DNA of 64,000 nt, from the IMG/VR virus record IMGVR_UViG_2974541498_000001, positions 32,001 to 96,000 of that record; one strand, given 5' to 3'. Shown here piece by piece: positions 52,829 to 63,397 of the stretch. Numbering within the stretch: the first letter of the stretch is position 1; every line of letters begins with the position of its first letter. The notes under the pieces were generated by a model. The model was not told the DNA's origin, ran no database searches, and saw only the letters and a program-made list of their open reading frames with translations. Made by a program: the position numbers and the translations under genes. The stretch comes from a virus. Lineage: Duplodnaviria > Caudoviricetes.

Positions 52829-55800
52829 ATGGCTAAGCAAAAGGGGGATATCCGTAGACAAGCCTCTTTAGGAACAGAATTAAAAAGAAATATAAACAAT
52901 AATAATTCAACTTCTGATCTAGTATTAGCTAGAGTTTCTAAGGTAGACTATGAGAATAATAGTATTGAATATATTGTACAAACAAATGGTATGAATAACA
53001 GCTCGGGAGCTATATCCAATGGAGGCGCCAGACTTCCTGTTTCCTTTGGTGGTAAAAATGGCTATGGAAATCCTTATGGATCAGTTAATACGATTAGGGT
53101 TAATGATATTGTCTTAATTGGCTTTGTTGGGGGTAAAAAGAATTCCCCTATTGTAATAAGCAAATATTTGTCTGACGAAGATGCCTATATGCTATCCGAT
53201 TATTCAGGGGACCAATATATGGCTCCTAATGATGAAGATATGTATGATAAAACTAATTCATATAGAGATTTATATCCTGATTTAACTTACTCCTATCATA
53301 ATGGTAATGGATATTATGAGCATACTTTTAGTGGAAATAGCTTCCTAGTAATGGATGATTATGATATTAAGGGCAATTTTGTAGACTATCCAGTAGGCGA
53401 GGTTGATGCTTCTACTTACTACTCATTACGGGGAAATAAATATAAAGATGGAACAAACTTTGACACTTTAAATTATCTAGCTCCAAACATATTTTTTAAA
53501 CATCAAGGAAGCTATCTATTAGATGATAACGGAGAAGAAAAACTAGATCATCATCAAACAAATGTTTCTATATCACCCCAAGGAACGACTAGACTAACTA
53601 CTTTTCATGATGATGATAAATGGCTATCGTTGTTTTCTATAGATGGAGATAATGGGGAAATAAGTCTTACTAGAGAAAATGATAACTCTATCAATATTGG
53701 GGATACTTCTGATAGTAATGCCACATTTACAATTGATAAAGACAATAATTTAATATTATCATCAGGTAATACAAAAATGACGCTTTCTGACGGTCATCAT
53801 ATTATTGCTAGCGACTTAGATACTGATTCAGATAAAATAGATCTTTATCAATCGGCTTTAAATAACAAGAATTCAATATCTGGTATAAACAATAGTATAA
53901 ACTCTATTAATAATAATATGTCTTCTAGTTCCAGCTCATTATCTACTGTGAATGACCAAGTGAATATGTCAGCATCTTCTATTTCTCAAACAAATGCTAT
54001 AGCTAGTTCAATTTACGGGAATGCAACTACTTCTGTAAATATGTTTTCTTTAGCAAGTTCTATTGCGAATACTGAAATAGATAGTAATACTGGATTCTAC
54101 AAGGAAAATAATGGTAGCTTATCAACTCCCAAAATGGCGGCAATAAGAAACTTTAATTATATATTAACGGCTTACTCTGTTACTAGTCCAATTACTATAA
54201 AGATAGCCTTTTATGACTTAAATAAAAACTTTATAAATGAAAAAGAAGTTACAGGTAATTCAGGAGATATCTCTGTAACCGCGATTTCACCAGATAATGC
54301 TGTATATATTTCTGCAAGTGTAAGTAGTAACGCCTTTAAAGTAAAATTAGAGCAAGCAGATAAGGTTACTAGTTGGTCTCCATCAATTGTCGATTTATAT
54401 ACAAATAATAATACGGTATTAGAACTATTAAGTGCGGCTAAAATAGCACAAGCAGATACTAATGCCAAAATGTCTACGGTAACTAGCAACAATTATTTAA
54501 ATAGTCTATTACAGTATAATAATGATTCACAAATATTAGCCAGTGATAAAGATTCTTTAGCTAATTCTTGGGACTTATTCAAAGCAGATTATAAAGTAGT
54601 AGTATCCTATGCTACTAAATACTCAGTAGACTTAACAACTGCCAATAGCTACTATACCCCTTTGGAAAATTCTATTGAAAAAGATATTCTGGTTGATAGA
54701 ACGTCTAATAGCCCAGCAGGAGCTTATACAAGCAATATTAAAGGCCTTCAATCTGCACTTGATAAAGTTATACCTAATATAATTTCATCAGCCCTGAATA
54801 GTGTCATAACAGCTCAGAATACGCTTGCTACAAATACTAGCAGTTATAGAAATCTATTACTAGGAACCACTACAAATATTTCTGCAACTGGAGATCAGAA
54901 ATTATACTCCTTATCAAACGGAGCTAGTCAAATATCTGGAAGTACTATACTATCTTTTACTTTTAATACTACTGATGTTAATAGCAATTTTTCTATTAAT
55001 GAGGTTATTCTAAACAATGATGGATCTATTAATAAAGAAGTTGTTTTAATTGATAATCTTCCAAACAATATGACTAATAATGTTGTTTCTAGCTTTATAC
55101 AGCCTATTGTGCCTACTTTAAATCAAAAGGCGGACATTTATATAAGGTTCTCTTCTTATAGGCAACCTGTTCAAATTTCTAATATGATTATGGCAACATC
55201 AAATAATACTAAAGTAACATGGGTTGCGGCTCCTGAAGATATTTCTAGCACTACTACAGACAAACTAGCTACCTTTAAAATTACCGATGACCAAATTACT
55301 AGCGCTGTATTTGACCATCTTCTAGAACAGTCTGATGTATTTACACAAACGGCTGAAAAGGCTCAAATCGCCGTCACCCAAGGAGATGTTTCTGCGGGAT
55401 TATCAATTGAAGCAGGTAAGATGGTTTGGTTTGGTAAAGAAATAGATATTTTGGGAGATATTGTTGATAACAATAAAATAACAGGAGCTCAATTTGTAGA
55501 TACTTCTTGGTCTTCTACTACTGGAAACTTTAGTATTACTAATACTGGGGTAACTACTGGCATGTCGTTAAATAGTTCAACAATAACTAACACAACTTTT
55601 AACTTATCTGCATCTGGGGAAATAATTGGCAACTATAGCATAGCAGATAGTACTACTTCTAATATTCCTATTAAGTCTTCCGGTAAGTCAATAGAAGATA
55701 ACTCTGGTATTAAATCTTCTGGCAGTAAACAATCATATATTAATGGATCATGGTCTGGATATGATGATAGTTTAAACTTATCAAGTTCCGTTAGCAACAA

Positions 55801-56338
55801 GGAAGTATCCAATATTTCTCCTAGCTATTTAGAATATAAAATACTAAATACCTCGGGCAACAATTTGATGGATACCAAAGTATCTAGTGATGGTGTATAT
55901 TTAAGTGATATTAGTAATTCTATTAAATATACCAGTAAAGGGATATCTGCAAATAAGACATTATCAATAGAGTCTCCTGCTATTTCTAGCAAGGGAATAT
56001 ATAATAATACTTCTAGTGCTTCTGCAAACTTAACTATAGATGATTCTGGAATAATTCATAGAGTATCATCTTCTGAAAAGTATAAAAAGAATATTTCACC
56101 AATTGATGATATAATAGATAAAGGTAAAGCACTATTAACTATTACACCTAAGAAATGGCAAGATAAAAATAATGATAAAGATACCCAAGTAGGATTGATT
56201 GCCGAGGACTTAGAAAAAGTAGGATTATCTGATTTCTTATTTTATAAAGATGGTAAACCCGAAGGAATTCAATATGACCGACTATTCATTCTTTTAATGC
56301 CATTAATCAAAAATATTTTGGAGGAAAACAATGGATAA
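52829..56338 (+). CDS. central tail spike/fibre with C-terminal intramolecular chaperone (peptidase S74-like)
   Basis: N-terminal LARVSKVDY...VLIGFVGG.K..PIVI OB-like; C-terminal SSSEKYKKNI...GLIAEDL...GIQYDRL. Confidence 0.8.
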   Translation: MAKQKGDIRRQASLGTELKRNINNNNSTSDLVLARVSKVDYENNSIEYIVQTNGMNNSSGAISNGGARLPVSFGGKNGYGNPYGSVNTIRVNDIVLIGFVGGKKNSPIVISKYLSDEDAYMLSDYSGDQYMAPNDEDMYDKTNSYRDLYPDLTYSYHNGNGYYEHTFSGNSFLVMDDYDIKGNFVDYPVGEVDASTYYSLRGNKYKDGTNFDTLNYLAPNIFFKHQGSYLLDDNGEEKLDHHQTNVSISPQGTTRLTTFHDDDKWLSLFSIDGDNGEISLTRENDNSINIGDTSDSNATFTIDKDNNLILSSGNTKMTLSDGHHIIASDLDTDSDKIDLYQSALNNKNSISGINNSINSINNNMSSSSSSLSTVNDQVNMSASSISQTNAIASSIYGNATTSVNMFSLASSIANTEIDSNTGFYKENNGSLSTPKMAAIRNFNYILTAYSVTSPITIKIAFYDLNKNFINEKEVTGNSGDISVTAISPDNAVYISASVSSNAFKVKLEQADKVTSWSPSIVDLYTNNNTVLELLSAAKIAQADTNAKMSTVTSNNYLNSLLQYNNDSQILASDKDSLANSWDLFKADYKVVVSYATKYSVDLTTANSYYTPLENSIEKDILVDRTSNSPAGAYTSNIKGLQSALDKVIPNIISSALNSVITAQNTLATNTSSYRNLLLGTTTNISATGDQKLYSLSNGASQISGSTILSFTFNTTDVNSNFSINEVILNNDGSINKEVVLIDNLPNNMTNNVVSSFIQPIVPTLNQKADIYIRFSSYRQPVQISNMIMATSNNTKVTWVAAPEDISSTTTDKLATFKITDDQITSAVFDHLLEQSDVFTQTAEKAQIAVTQGDVSAGLSIEAGKMVWFGKEIDILGDIVDNNKITGAQFVDTSWSSTTGNFSITNTGVTTGMSLNSSTITNTTFNLSASGEIIGNYSIADSTTSNIPIKSSGKSIEDNSGIKSSGSKQSYINGSWSGYDDSLNLSSSVSNKEVSNISPSYLEYKILNTSGNNLMDTKVSSDGVYLSDISNSIKYTSKGISANKTLSIESPAISSKGIYNNTSSASANLTIDDSGIIHRVSSSEKYKKNISPIDDIIDKGKALLTITPKKWQDKNNDKDTQVGLIAEDLEKVGLSDFLFYKDGKPEGIQYDRLFILLMPLIKNILEENNG

Positions 56339-56486
56339 AATACAAATAGATATAAATGATGTATTTAATTATTATTTAGATGAACTTTCTAAAAAGGATA
56401 AGAAGATAATTATGTTGATTTCAGAAAATAAAGCATTGGCTAAAAAGATACAAGAAAGAGAAAACAAAAATAAGCCTACTAAGTAG
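56331..56486 (+). CDS. 51-aa coiled-coil protein (not in ORF track)
   Basis: MDKIQIDINDVFNYYLDELSKKDK..., GGAGG RBS, overlaps stop of spike gene; terminator hairpin at 56473..56494. Confidence 0.65.
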   Translation: MDKIQIDINDVFNYYLDELSKKDKKIIMLISENKALAKKIQERENKNKPTK

Positions 56487-56534
56487 GCTTTTTTCATATT
56501 CAAGTTAAATTATAGATAGAAGGAAGGTTTTATA

Positions 56535-57134
56535 TTGAATTCGAGATATTCAGGAACTAGAAAAACTAGTGTAGGTAGCGGATTAGTTGCCTTTCAATGG
56601 GGAAGCAAGTATGTTCAACTTGCTATTAATCCACAACAGTATGAATATAGTTCTCCTCAACGTACTTCGACATTTAAAACACAATCAAACGTTGTTGTTG
56701 AAAACTTTGGGCAAGATCTCAGGACTATAACTTTTAGTGGAAATACTGGTGCTAAAGAACAAGGATCAGGAACATCCAGAATGAATGGTGAGCAAAGATT
56801 TCAAGCATTAAAGGATATAATAGTTGGGTATCAGCAAGCCAGTGATAATGGGAATGTGCCAGCAGATGAGCTTATATTCTATAACAATATGGATATAAAC
56901 CAACCAAGCTATACGGTAAATATTGCTCCACAAGGATTCCAATATAGCCGGGATAGTGACAACCCTTTACTATATAATTATGCAGTATCCTTACTAGTTA
57001 TAAAGCCTGCAAGCATTCCTCAAAGCAAAGTTAATGACCGGCAAGGGACTTCTGGGGGTAATGAAACTTCTCAGGCAGAACAAGAAGCTCAAAATAGTGG
57101 TAAAAAGGCTGGAACTATTGTAGGGGGTAAATAG
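56535..57134 (+). CDS. baseplate/tube-initiator protein
   Basis: INPQQY....PQRT..FKT.S..VVE.FG.D...I.FSG.TG; synteny. Confidence 0.7.
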   Translation: MNSRYSGTRKTSVGSGLVAFQWGSKYVQLAINPQQYEYSSPQRTSTFKTQSNVVVENFGQDLRTITFSGNTGAKEQGSGTSRMNGEQRFQALKDIIVGYQQASDNGNVPADELIFYNNMDINQPSYTVNIAPQGFQYSRDSDNPLLYNYAVSLLVIKPASIPQSKVNDRQGTSGGNETSQAEQEAQNSGKKAGTIVGGK

Positions 57135-57136
57135 AA

Positions 57137-57700
57137 ATGTCCTATATTGTGGGAATAACAGATCAGTCTGCGGAATTAATGCGATTCCTTTATTCCATAA
57201 AAATAACAAATAATCAATTAGTTAAAAACTTACTTGATGAAAAGGTTTCCTTTATATCAAGATTTTATACTCCAAATATAGATGTTACTAATTTATCCGG
57301 TAAGGTTGCGACACTTATTCAAGAATCTGATGCTGATTGGGTTAATAACATTAATTCTATTGATGAAAAATCCTTAGTATATTTACTAGATCAGTCAGAT
57401 ATAAAGAACAATCATAACGACCTATATAGTATTTTCCAAACAGTTATATTAGATGCTTTTAGCATTGGTTATGCGCAAGGATATGATAATTCTTTATATA
57501 CCTATTTAAGTACAGATGAGATAGATAGCTTACTAGTAAATATATCTTATTTAATAGACGCTTTAGAAAACATAAATATTTCCCAATATTCAGACATAAT
57601 TCTTAGTTCAACTGATTTATACAATAATATATGTTCGGTTAAATCAAATTTATCTTATCTACAGAATCAGCAAGAAATTGATAGCCAAACAATTATATAG
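57137..57700 (+). CDS. baseplate-region structural protein
   Basis: synteny; FISRFYTP motif. Confidence 0.6.
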   Translation: MSYIVGITDQSAELMRFLYSIKITNNQLVKNLLDEKVSFISRFYTPNIDVTNLSGKVATLIQESDADWVNNINSIDEKSLVYLLDQSDIKNNHNDLYSIFQTVILDAFSIGYAQGYDNSLYTYLSTDEIDSLLVNISYLIDALENINISQYSDIILSSTDLYNNICSVKSNLSYLQNQQEIDSQTII

Positions 57701-57716
57701 AGAGGAATGGTAGTGA

Positions 57717-58406
57717 ATGGCTAGATACCTAAAATATACAGTTCGAGAAGGTGACACTCTTCAAAGCATTTCTCAAAGCACAACGGAGGATATCAACAAT
57801 TGGATAACCATTGCAGAATACAATAATCTAGAATATCCCTATATTGTAGAAACTCCAAAGGAAAAAGTTGCAAATGTTTCTCACCTAGTCACATGGGGTG
57901 ATGAAATTATTCTTCCTTTTCCTATAGAATCATTAGAACTATCAGCATTAAATATAAACAGACAGGATAAAGATGAAATTGAAAATATTGCGCTTGGAAC
58001 AGACCTTAATGTAAATATTATTGGTGAAGGTTCTTGGGATGGCATCTATAGATTATCTAGTAATGGTCATGGGGATATTGAAATATCTTCTGGTATGGAT
58101 AACATAAAGCAAGCAGTATTAAATAGACTGCTAACTGGTAAGGGAAGCTTAGAAGGACATCCTGATTTTGGATCTAATCTAGAACGAGATATTGGGTTGC
58201 ATACAAGTAATACCCTTCAAATGATTAATAACGATATTAGTAAAGCAATTTTATCAGATTCAAGAATAACAGCAGTTAACGTGTCTAATAGTTCTATACT
58301 AGGAGATACGTATAATGGAAAATGGCAAGTAACTGTAGAAGGACTCGACACTGCCTTTGAATGGGTGTTTTCTAGAGATTCTTCCGGAAACTTTACATTA
58401 GAATAG
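57717..58406 (+). CDS. baseplate wedge protein (LysM plus gp25-like)
   Basis: YTVREGDTLQSIS...W..IA.YN.L.YP; G.DNIKQA...RL.T..GSL..HP.FGS. Confidence 0.85.
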   Translation: MARYLKYTVREGDTLQSISQSTTEDINNWITIAEYNNLEYPYIVETPKEKVANVSHLVTWGDEIILPFPIESLELSALNINRQDKDEIENIALGTDLNVNIIGEGSWDGIYRLSSNGHGDIEISSGMDNIKQAVLNRLLTGKGSLEGHPDFGSNLERDIGLHTSNTLQMINNDISKAILSDSRITAVNVSNSSILGDTYNGKWQVTVEGLDTAFEWVFSRDSSGNFTLE

Positions 58407-58412
58407 AAAGAA

Positions 58413-60062
58413 GTGATTATTATCAAAATAAAAAGTTTATCTGAAATCGTTAGCAATCTAATAAATACTACTACTAGTTTAACTTCTGAATTGACAGACT
58501 TCACATTAGGATCATCAATCATTAGAAGTATTTATGAAGCCTTTGCTATGCAACTTCAAGAATATTATGTATTAACTCGTCAAAATATTATAGGGGGTAT
58601 AGAAGAAGGAGTTCAGAATGGCTTTGGATTTGAAAGAAGAAAAGCTACACAAGCCTTTGGGGATTTATTAATAACCTTTAGCTCTTCTACAGTATCAGAT
58701 ACAATAATTCCACAGGGTACTACCTTTACGTCAAATATTCAAGGTTATAATTATAGTTATGAAACTATTGAGCCTTACTTCGTGCCCTCTGGTTCTATTG
58801 ATGCAAAAGTTACGGTATATTGTAATACCGTTGGAGTAGCTGGTAATGTTCCGGCTAATGTTATTAATGCTGTTCAAAATTCTATTGGAAATGTAGCTAC
58901 CATTACTAATCCTGAAGAAATAATAACGGGGCAAGATGAGGAAAGTGAGTCTGATTTTAAGAACAGATTTAACCAATATATAACAGCTATTGGTAGATCA
59001 ACTGTTCAATCAATAGAGTACGCTACTCGAAAAGTTCAAAATATAACAGGAGTATATGTAGATGATAGTGAAACCGGACTAATAAAGATATATTGTCATG
59101 ATGCAAACGGTAATCTAGAAGAAAATGATTATGATAAAGTTGTTTATGCTATTTCAAATGAAAATGATGAGTATAATCCAGCAGGGATTGCTTGGGAAGT
59201 TCTTCCTGTAGATAAAGTATTGGCTAATATGGACATTAATGTCTATATAAAGGATTTTAACAAGTTAACAGAAACTGTTCAAAATAGTATAGAGAACATT
59301 GTCAATTCCTACTTAAATACTAAAGTTGTTGGAAGCGATGTTTCCTTATCTCAAATATCAAGATTAATTATGAACTTTGACCCATATCTAATAACTGACG
59401 TATCTGTAGAAATTCCTATTACTGACGATATGGATAGTCAAATTACTAGTGCTAGTTCTGACGTATCTAGCGTTAGTCAAGAACGATCAACAGTTTCCGG
59501 TTTAGTTTCTTCTGCACAATATGATAATTCATATACAGCAACGGATATGATTAATTATGGAAATGACTATTTAATCACTGTTAATGAAAAGGCAGAGATT
59601 AATAAACAATTAGTATCAATTAACTCTAATTATACTACAGACTCGTCATTAGCTGATAAATATTTTGTAAATAAATTTAGCTACTCCCAAGCGTATAACA
59701 ATATTGTTTCATTGCTAACTAATATATTGCCTACAGATAATAAGCCTTTCCAGATTGATTATACATCTTATCGGGAGACTATTATGAATTATTATGCTTC
59801 CAGAGTTACCCTTCTAAATAATATACAAGATAGTGTTTCAAACAAGCTAACTACTTTACAGCAATCTCTAGTATCTTTAAACCAAGAGGCATATAAACAA
59901 CAACACTCCAATATTCCTATTGGGCCGAGTCAAGTTGCTCGTCCAGGGGATGATGTTAACGTATTTTATTATAATACACAAGATGCTGAGCAAACTACTG
60001 TTACGAAGTATATAGATCAGCATACTACTGAGATGACTACAATTAATGATAGTCAGGAATAG
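58413..60062 (+). CDS. baseplate J-like wedge protein with helical insertion
   Basis: TDF..GS..RSIYEA, C...G..GNVPAN.I, TGQDEESE..F..RF. Confidence 0.88.
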   Translation: MIIIKIKSLSEIVSNLINTTTSLTSELTDFTLGSSIIRSIYEAFAMQLQEYYVLTRQNIIGGIEEGVQNGFGFERRKATQAFGDLLITFSSSTVSDTIIPQGTTFTSNIQGYNYSYETIEPYFVPSGSIDAKVTVYCNTVGVAGNVPANVINAVQNSIGNVATITNPEEIITGQDEESESDFKNRFNQYITAIGRSTVQSIEYATRKVQNITGVYVDDSETGLIKIYCHDANGNLEENDYDKVVYAISNENDEYNPAGIAWEVLPVDKVLANMDINVYIKDFNKLTETVQNSIENIVNSYLNTKVVGSDVSLSQISRLIMNFDPYLITDVSVEIPITDDMDSQITSASSDVSSVSQERSTVSGLVSSAQYDNSYTATDMINYGNDYLITVNEKAEINKQLVSINSNYTTDSSLADKYFVNKFSYSQAYNNIVSLLTNILPTDNKPFQIDYTSYRETIMNYYASRVTLLNNIQDSVSNKLTTLQQSLVSLNQEAYKQQHSNIPIGPSQVARPGDDVNVFYYNTQDAEQTTVTKYIDQHTTEMTTINDSQE

Positions 60063-60071
60063 GAGGGAAAA

Positions 60072-62720
60072 ATGAACTTTAAAAGACTCTTACATCCAAA
60101 CTTAAAAAAAGGATATGTTGAAGACTTCAATACCAGCTCGGCAAATTATGCTTTTTTCTCAGCAATTGAAGATATCCTAAGCTCTACTGAAAAAGATACG
60201 ATTGATAGTAAAGTAGAGAGTTATTTAAACAGTGCTGATGGAGAATTCCTCGATGAGTGGGGAAGCTGGTTTGGTGTAGCTAGAAAAGATAATCAAAGTG
60301 ATGACGATTATCGGAAATGGATAATTACGTATGCAACATTGAAGCGTGGCACAAAAAAAGCCATAATTGATGCCATTAAAATGTATCTGGATATGTCGGA
60401 TGCTACAATATCTGTATATGAACCCTATAAGAATGTATTTCAACTAGATAAATCAAAACTAGATGGACTAGATCATCTATCAGGAGACTATTATAGATGG
60501 GGAATTATTAACATATATGTAGATAGACCAGTACCAGAATCAATATACCAGATAATTAGAGACTTTAAACCAGCAGGAGTTAACTTTTTTATCACTGTAG
60601 ATACTTCAACTAATAAAAATAATAAAGCATTAGCTATAACTACTGGAATTAAGGAATTCAATTCCGTAGAAGAAGCTTATATTGGTTTCTCTAAAAGTCA
60701 AAGCTACTATTTGGATTTAGGTGGTAGAAATAATAAGCAGGAACTTAAAAATCCCTTTATTCTAGATAAATCAAAACTAGATAGTACGGATGTTTTAGCT
60801 GGGGGATATAATGATGATATTAATTATGATGATATTCCTTCAAATTATAATAAGGCATTCATTTATGGGGTTTCTTATATCGGATCTGATGATGTATTTT
60901 CAGGTAATGATTGGAATTATCAAACTAATTCCTATGGATACAATGATGATCTTTGGAATTCAGCTACAGTCTTTGATAAAAGTTATTTCACTTCGGATAA
61001 ATACTCAGATTTAGACGGGTACACTAGAGCAAATTATTCTAGTCAAATAATAAAATTAGACTACTCTGGAATGCTATCACAAAATATTAATGGGAATAAT
61101 AGAGTATACGGTAGTGTACTATATGGGGATAATAACATAAGCACTATTAGTTATGATCCTAATAACTTAGTATCCCCAGATAAAGCCGTACCAGTAATTA
61201 CAAAGACGGATAAATATTACACCTATTCATTAGAGTATAATTCTATAGATAGCTCATATAATTCTATCCCGGATAAACTAAATATATTAATATCAGCAAG
61301 TAGTTTAAATTCTAACTCCAGCTACCAAGTAGATCTACTAGATAAATATGGTGTTCCTTTAAAAACTCAAATAATTAATATATCTGGTAATTCTAGCATA
61401 AATAAAATAGTTTTTGATAATGAAATAAAAACAGAACCAGCCAATCCTTTCACCATCAGTAAATCTAAAGTAAGTGAAGGAGTTATTGGAGTAACACCAA
61501 ATTTAATGAAAGCTGTTAAGCTGGTAAGAATTTATTGTGGTATACGAGGAGATAGCCTGAATAATAACATATCTTTTGGTGTACCATCTGCTACTATTTT
61601 TGATACGGATACTTGGCTACCTTTTAGTGGGGATAAGAATCAATTCCCAGTAATATTGGATGAGAACCTACAGAATCTGTCTAAGAAAGATGATAACCAA
61701 TTAACAATAAATCCTGTTGCTAATTATAATGTTTCCACCAATTCTTATACGAACGTTTCTCCAGCAAGTTTAAAAATAACTTTTAACCTAATAAACGATC
61801 TATATTCTAAGTATCTAAACTTCTGGGATTCTCAAGGAGTAATAGATAAAAAGGATATAATTAGTAAACTATTGCCAGCAATTAAAGGGATCAGTTTGGC
61901 ATTTGCTGGGGACTTAACTCATGCAAATATTAGTTATTCAAAAGGAGGAAACCTAACCCCTATTTCAGATAATTCAATATCTAATGATATAATTACTATA
62001 GATCCGAATTATATTGATGATGATGGAAATATCGTAATTGTAATATCAGGTAAAACAAATAGTGACAAAATAAATGTAGATTTTATTAGATTTTATTATT
62101 CTCTAAATGATAAAGCAATTCCAACATTTTCTCCAAACAAAGAAATGGGTAAGCCTTATCTTAAGTTCTTTGGTAAAGGAATAGACTATTCTTTCTATGA
62201 CGCACTTACTATGGGAAGCAATAATATTTATGTAAATTCTGATATTAAAGATAATAGTATTATTATTGCTATAAATGCAAGAAAACAATTAGAATACAGA
62301 TATGGTATAGATGAAAAGGATATAACTTCGTTTTTAAACAATAGTAATTCAAGTATACTATTAGAAATGTTAGCTGAAAACGCTGGAAATGCTAATTTAT
62401 CAATTGCTAATCTAAATACCGGAAATCCAGATTCTATTGGGAATGTTTCTTTTTCAAACGACTTTAGCTACGTTAATATTTCTAATAACCTAAATGATTT
62501 TGAAAACTATGTATCCAATTCTGGATTCATTTTCCTTTCAATAAATCCAGATACTGATTTAGGAGAAATACGAATTAAAAACTTGTATATTTTTGGAAAG
62601 TATCCAACAGCTCATTTAAGTACCCGTATAAAGACTGGTATCAGTATGGATATTACCGTTTTTGATTCCTATAGTAGTGCCGTTGATAAGGCAGTTGTAG
62701 ACAAAAGCAAGGTAAAATAA
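60072..62720 (+). CDS. baseplate wedge protein (P2 gpI/T4 gp7-like N-terminus)
   Basis: A.GEFLDEWG.WFGV.RK...DDDYR..II......RGT..AI, FKPAGV. Confidence 0.8.
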   Translation: MNFKRLLHPNLKKGYVEDFNTSSANYAFFSAIEDILSSTEKDTIDSKVESYLNSADGEFLDEWGSWFGVARKDNQSDDDYRKWIITYATLKRGTKKAIIDAIKMYLDMSDATISVYEPYKNVFQLDKSKLDGLDHLSGDYYRWGIINIYVDRPVPESIYQIIRDFKPAGVNFFITVDTSTNKNNKALAITTGIKEFNSVEEAYIGFSKSQSYYLDLGGRNNKQELKNPFILDKSKLDSTDVLAGGYNDDINYDDIPSNYNKAFIYGVSYIGSDDVFSGNDWNYQTNSYGYNDDLWNSATVFDKSYFTSDKYSDLDGYTRANYSSQIIKLDYSGMLSQNINGNNRVYGSVLYGDNNISTISYDPNNLVSPDKAVPVITKTDKYYTYSLEYNSIDSSYNSIPDKLNILISASSLNSNSSYQVDLLDKYGVPLKTQIINISGNSSINKIVFDNEIKTEPANPFTISKSKVSEGVIGVTPNLMKAVKLVRIYCGIRGDSLNNNISFGVPSATIFDTDTWLPFSGDKNQFPVILDENLQNLSKKDDNQLTINPVANYNVSTNSYTNVSPASLKITFNLINDLYSKYLNFWDSQGVIDKKDIISKLLPAIKGISLAFAGDLTHANISYSKGGNLTPISDNSISNDIITIDPNYIDDDGNIVIVISGKTNSDKINVDFIRFYYSLNDKAIPTFSPNKEMGKPYLKFFGKGIDYSFYDALTMGSNNIYVNSDIKDNSIIIAINARKQLEYRYGIDEKDITSFLNNSNSSILLEMLAENAGNANLSIANLNTGNPDSIGNVSFSNDFSYVNISNNLNDFENYVSNSGFIFLSINPDTDLGEIRIKNLYIFGKYPTAHLSTRIKTGISMDITVFDSYSSAVDKAVVDKSKVK

Positions 62721-62756
62721 GTGGACTAAATTATAGTAAGAAAGAAGGAAGAAATA

Positions 62757-63371
62757 GTGGCCTACGAAACCCCTACACCAGCAATTAATAGTAATGCGTT
62801 AGTTTTTCATGCTATTAATTACTTTAATAATCTAAATAACTGCTATATAGTAATTGGTAAAACAAGCTCTTGGCCGGTTGATGCTCAGCCTCCTGTTCCT
62901 GTTGATGGAGATAATGTCACGGAAGTTGCAGGATACTTTAAGCCAACTTGTTATCTTTGCTATAAAACAACCGCAGATAAAAAAGATGATTCAACATTAT
63001 CTTATGGAAATGACTTTTATCAGCCGGTTTCCTTAGCAGATGCTTATAGTAAAAAGGCTTCTTATGTATATTATACCGTAACAATAAAACCAGATGATAT
63101 TTCAAATGTTAATACATTCAGACAAGTAGGTCTTAACTTTGGGGTAACTCTTAAATCTGGGGTATCTGGGGTAATTTTGACTCCAAGCAATGTAGATAAT
63201 TCTGGATATACTCATTTTATTCTTAACAGTCAACCATTCATTGTTACTAATAATAGAAGCATTAAAATTAATATGCTCATTTCAGAAGAAAAGGATATTA
63301 GTGGATCTAATGTAGATACTGACGTTACCTCAGAAATAACAACAGTTTTGCCTACTACTGTAAATCAATAA
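62757..63371 (+). CDS. baseplate structural protein
   Basis: YIVIGKTSSWP....PP, VAGY.K, A.YVY, FRQVG. Confidence 0.75.
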   Translation: MAYETPTPAINSNALVFHAINYFNNLNNCYIVIGKTSSWPVDAQPPVPVDGDNVTEVAGYFKPTCYLCYKTTADKKDDSTLSYGNDFYQPVSLADAYSKKASYVYYTVTIKPDDISNVNTFRQVGLNFGVTLKSGVSGVILTPSNVDNSGYTHFILNSQPFIVTNNRSIKINMLISEEKDISGSNVDTDVTSEITTVLPTTVNQ

Positions 63372-63397
63372 AAACATAAAAATTAGAAAGAAGTGAT

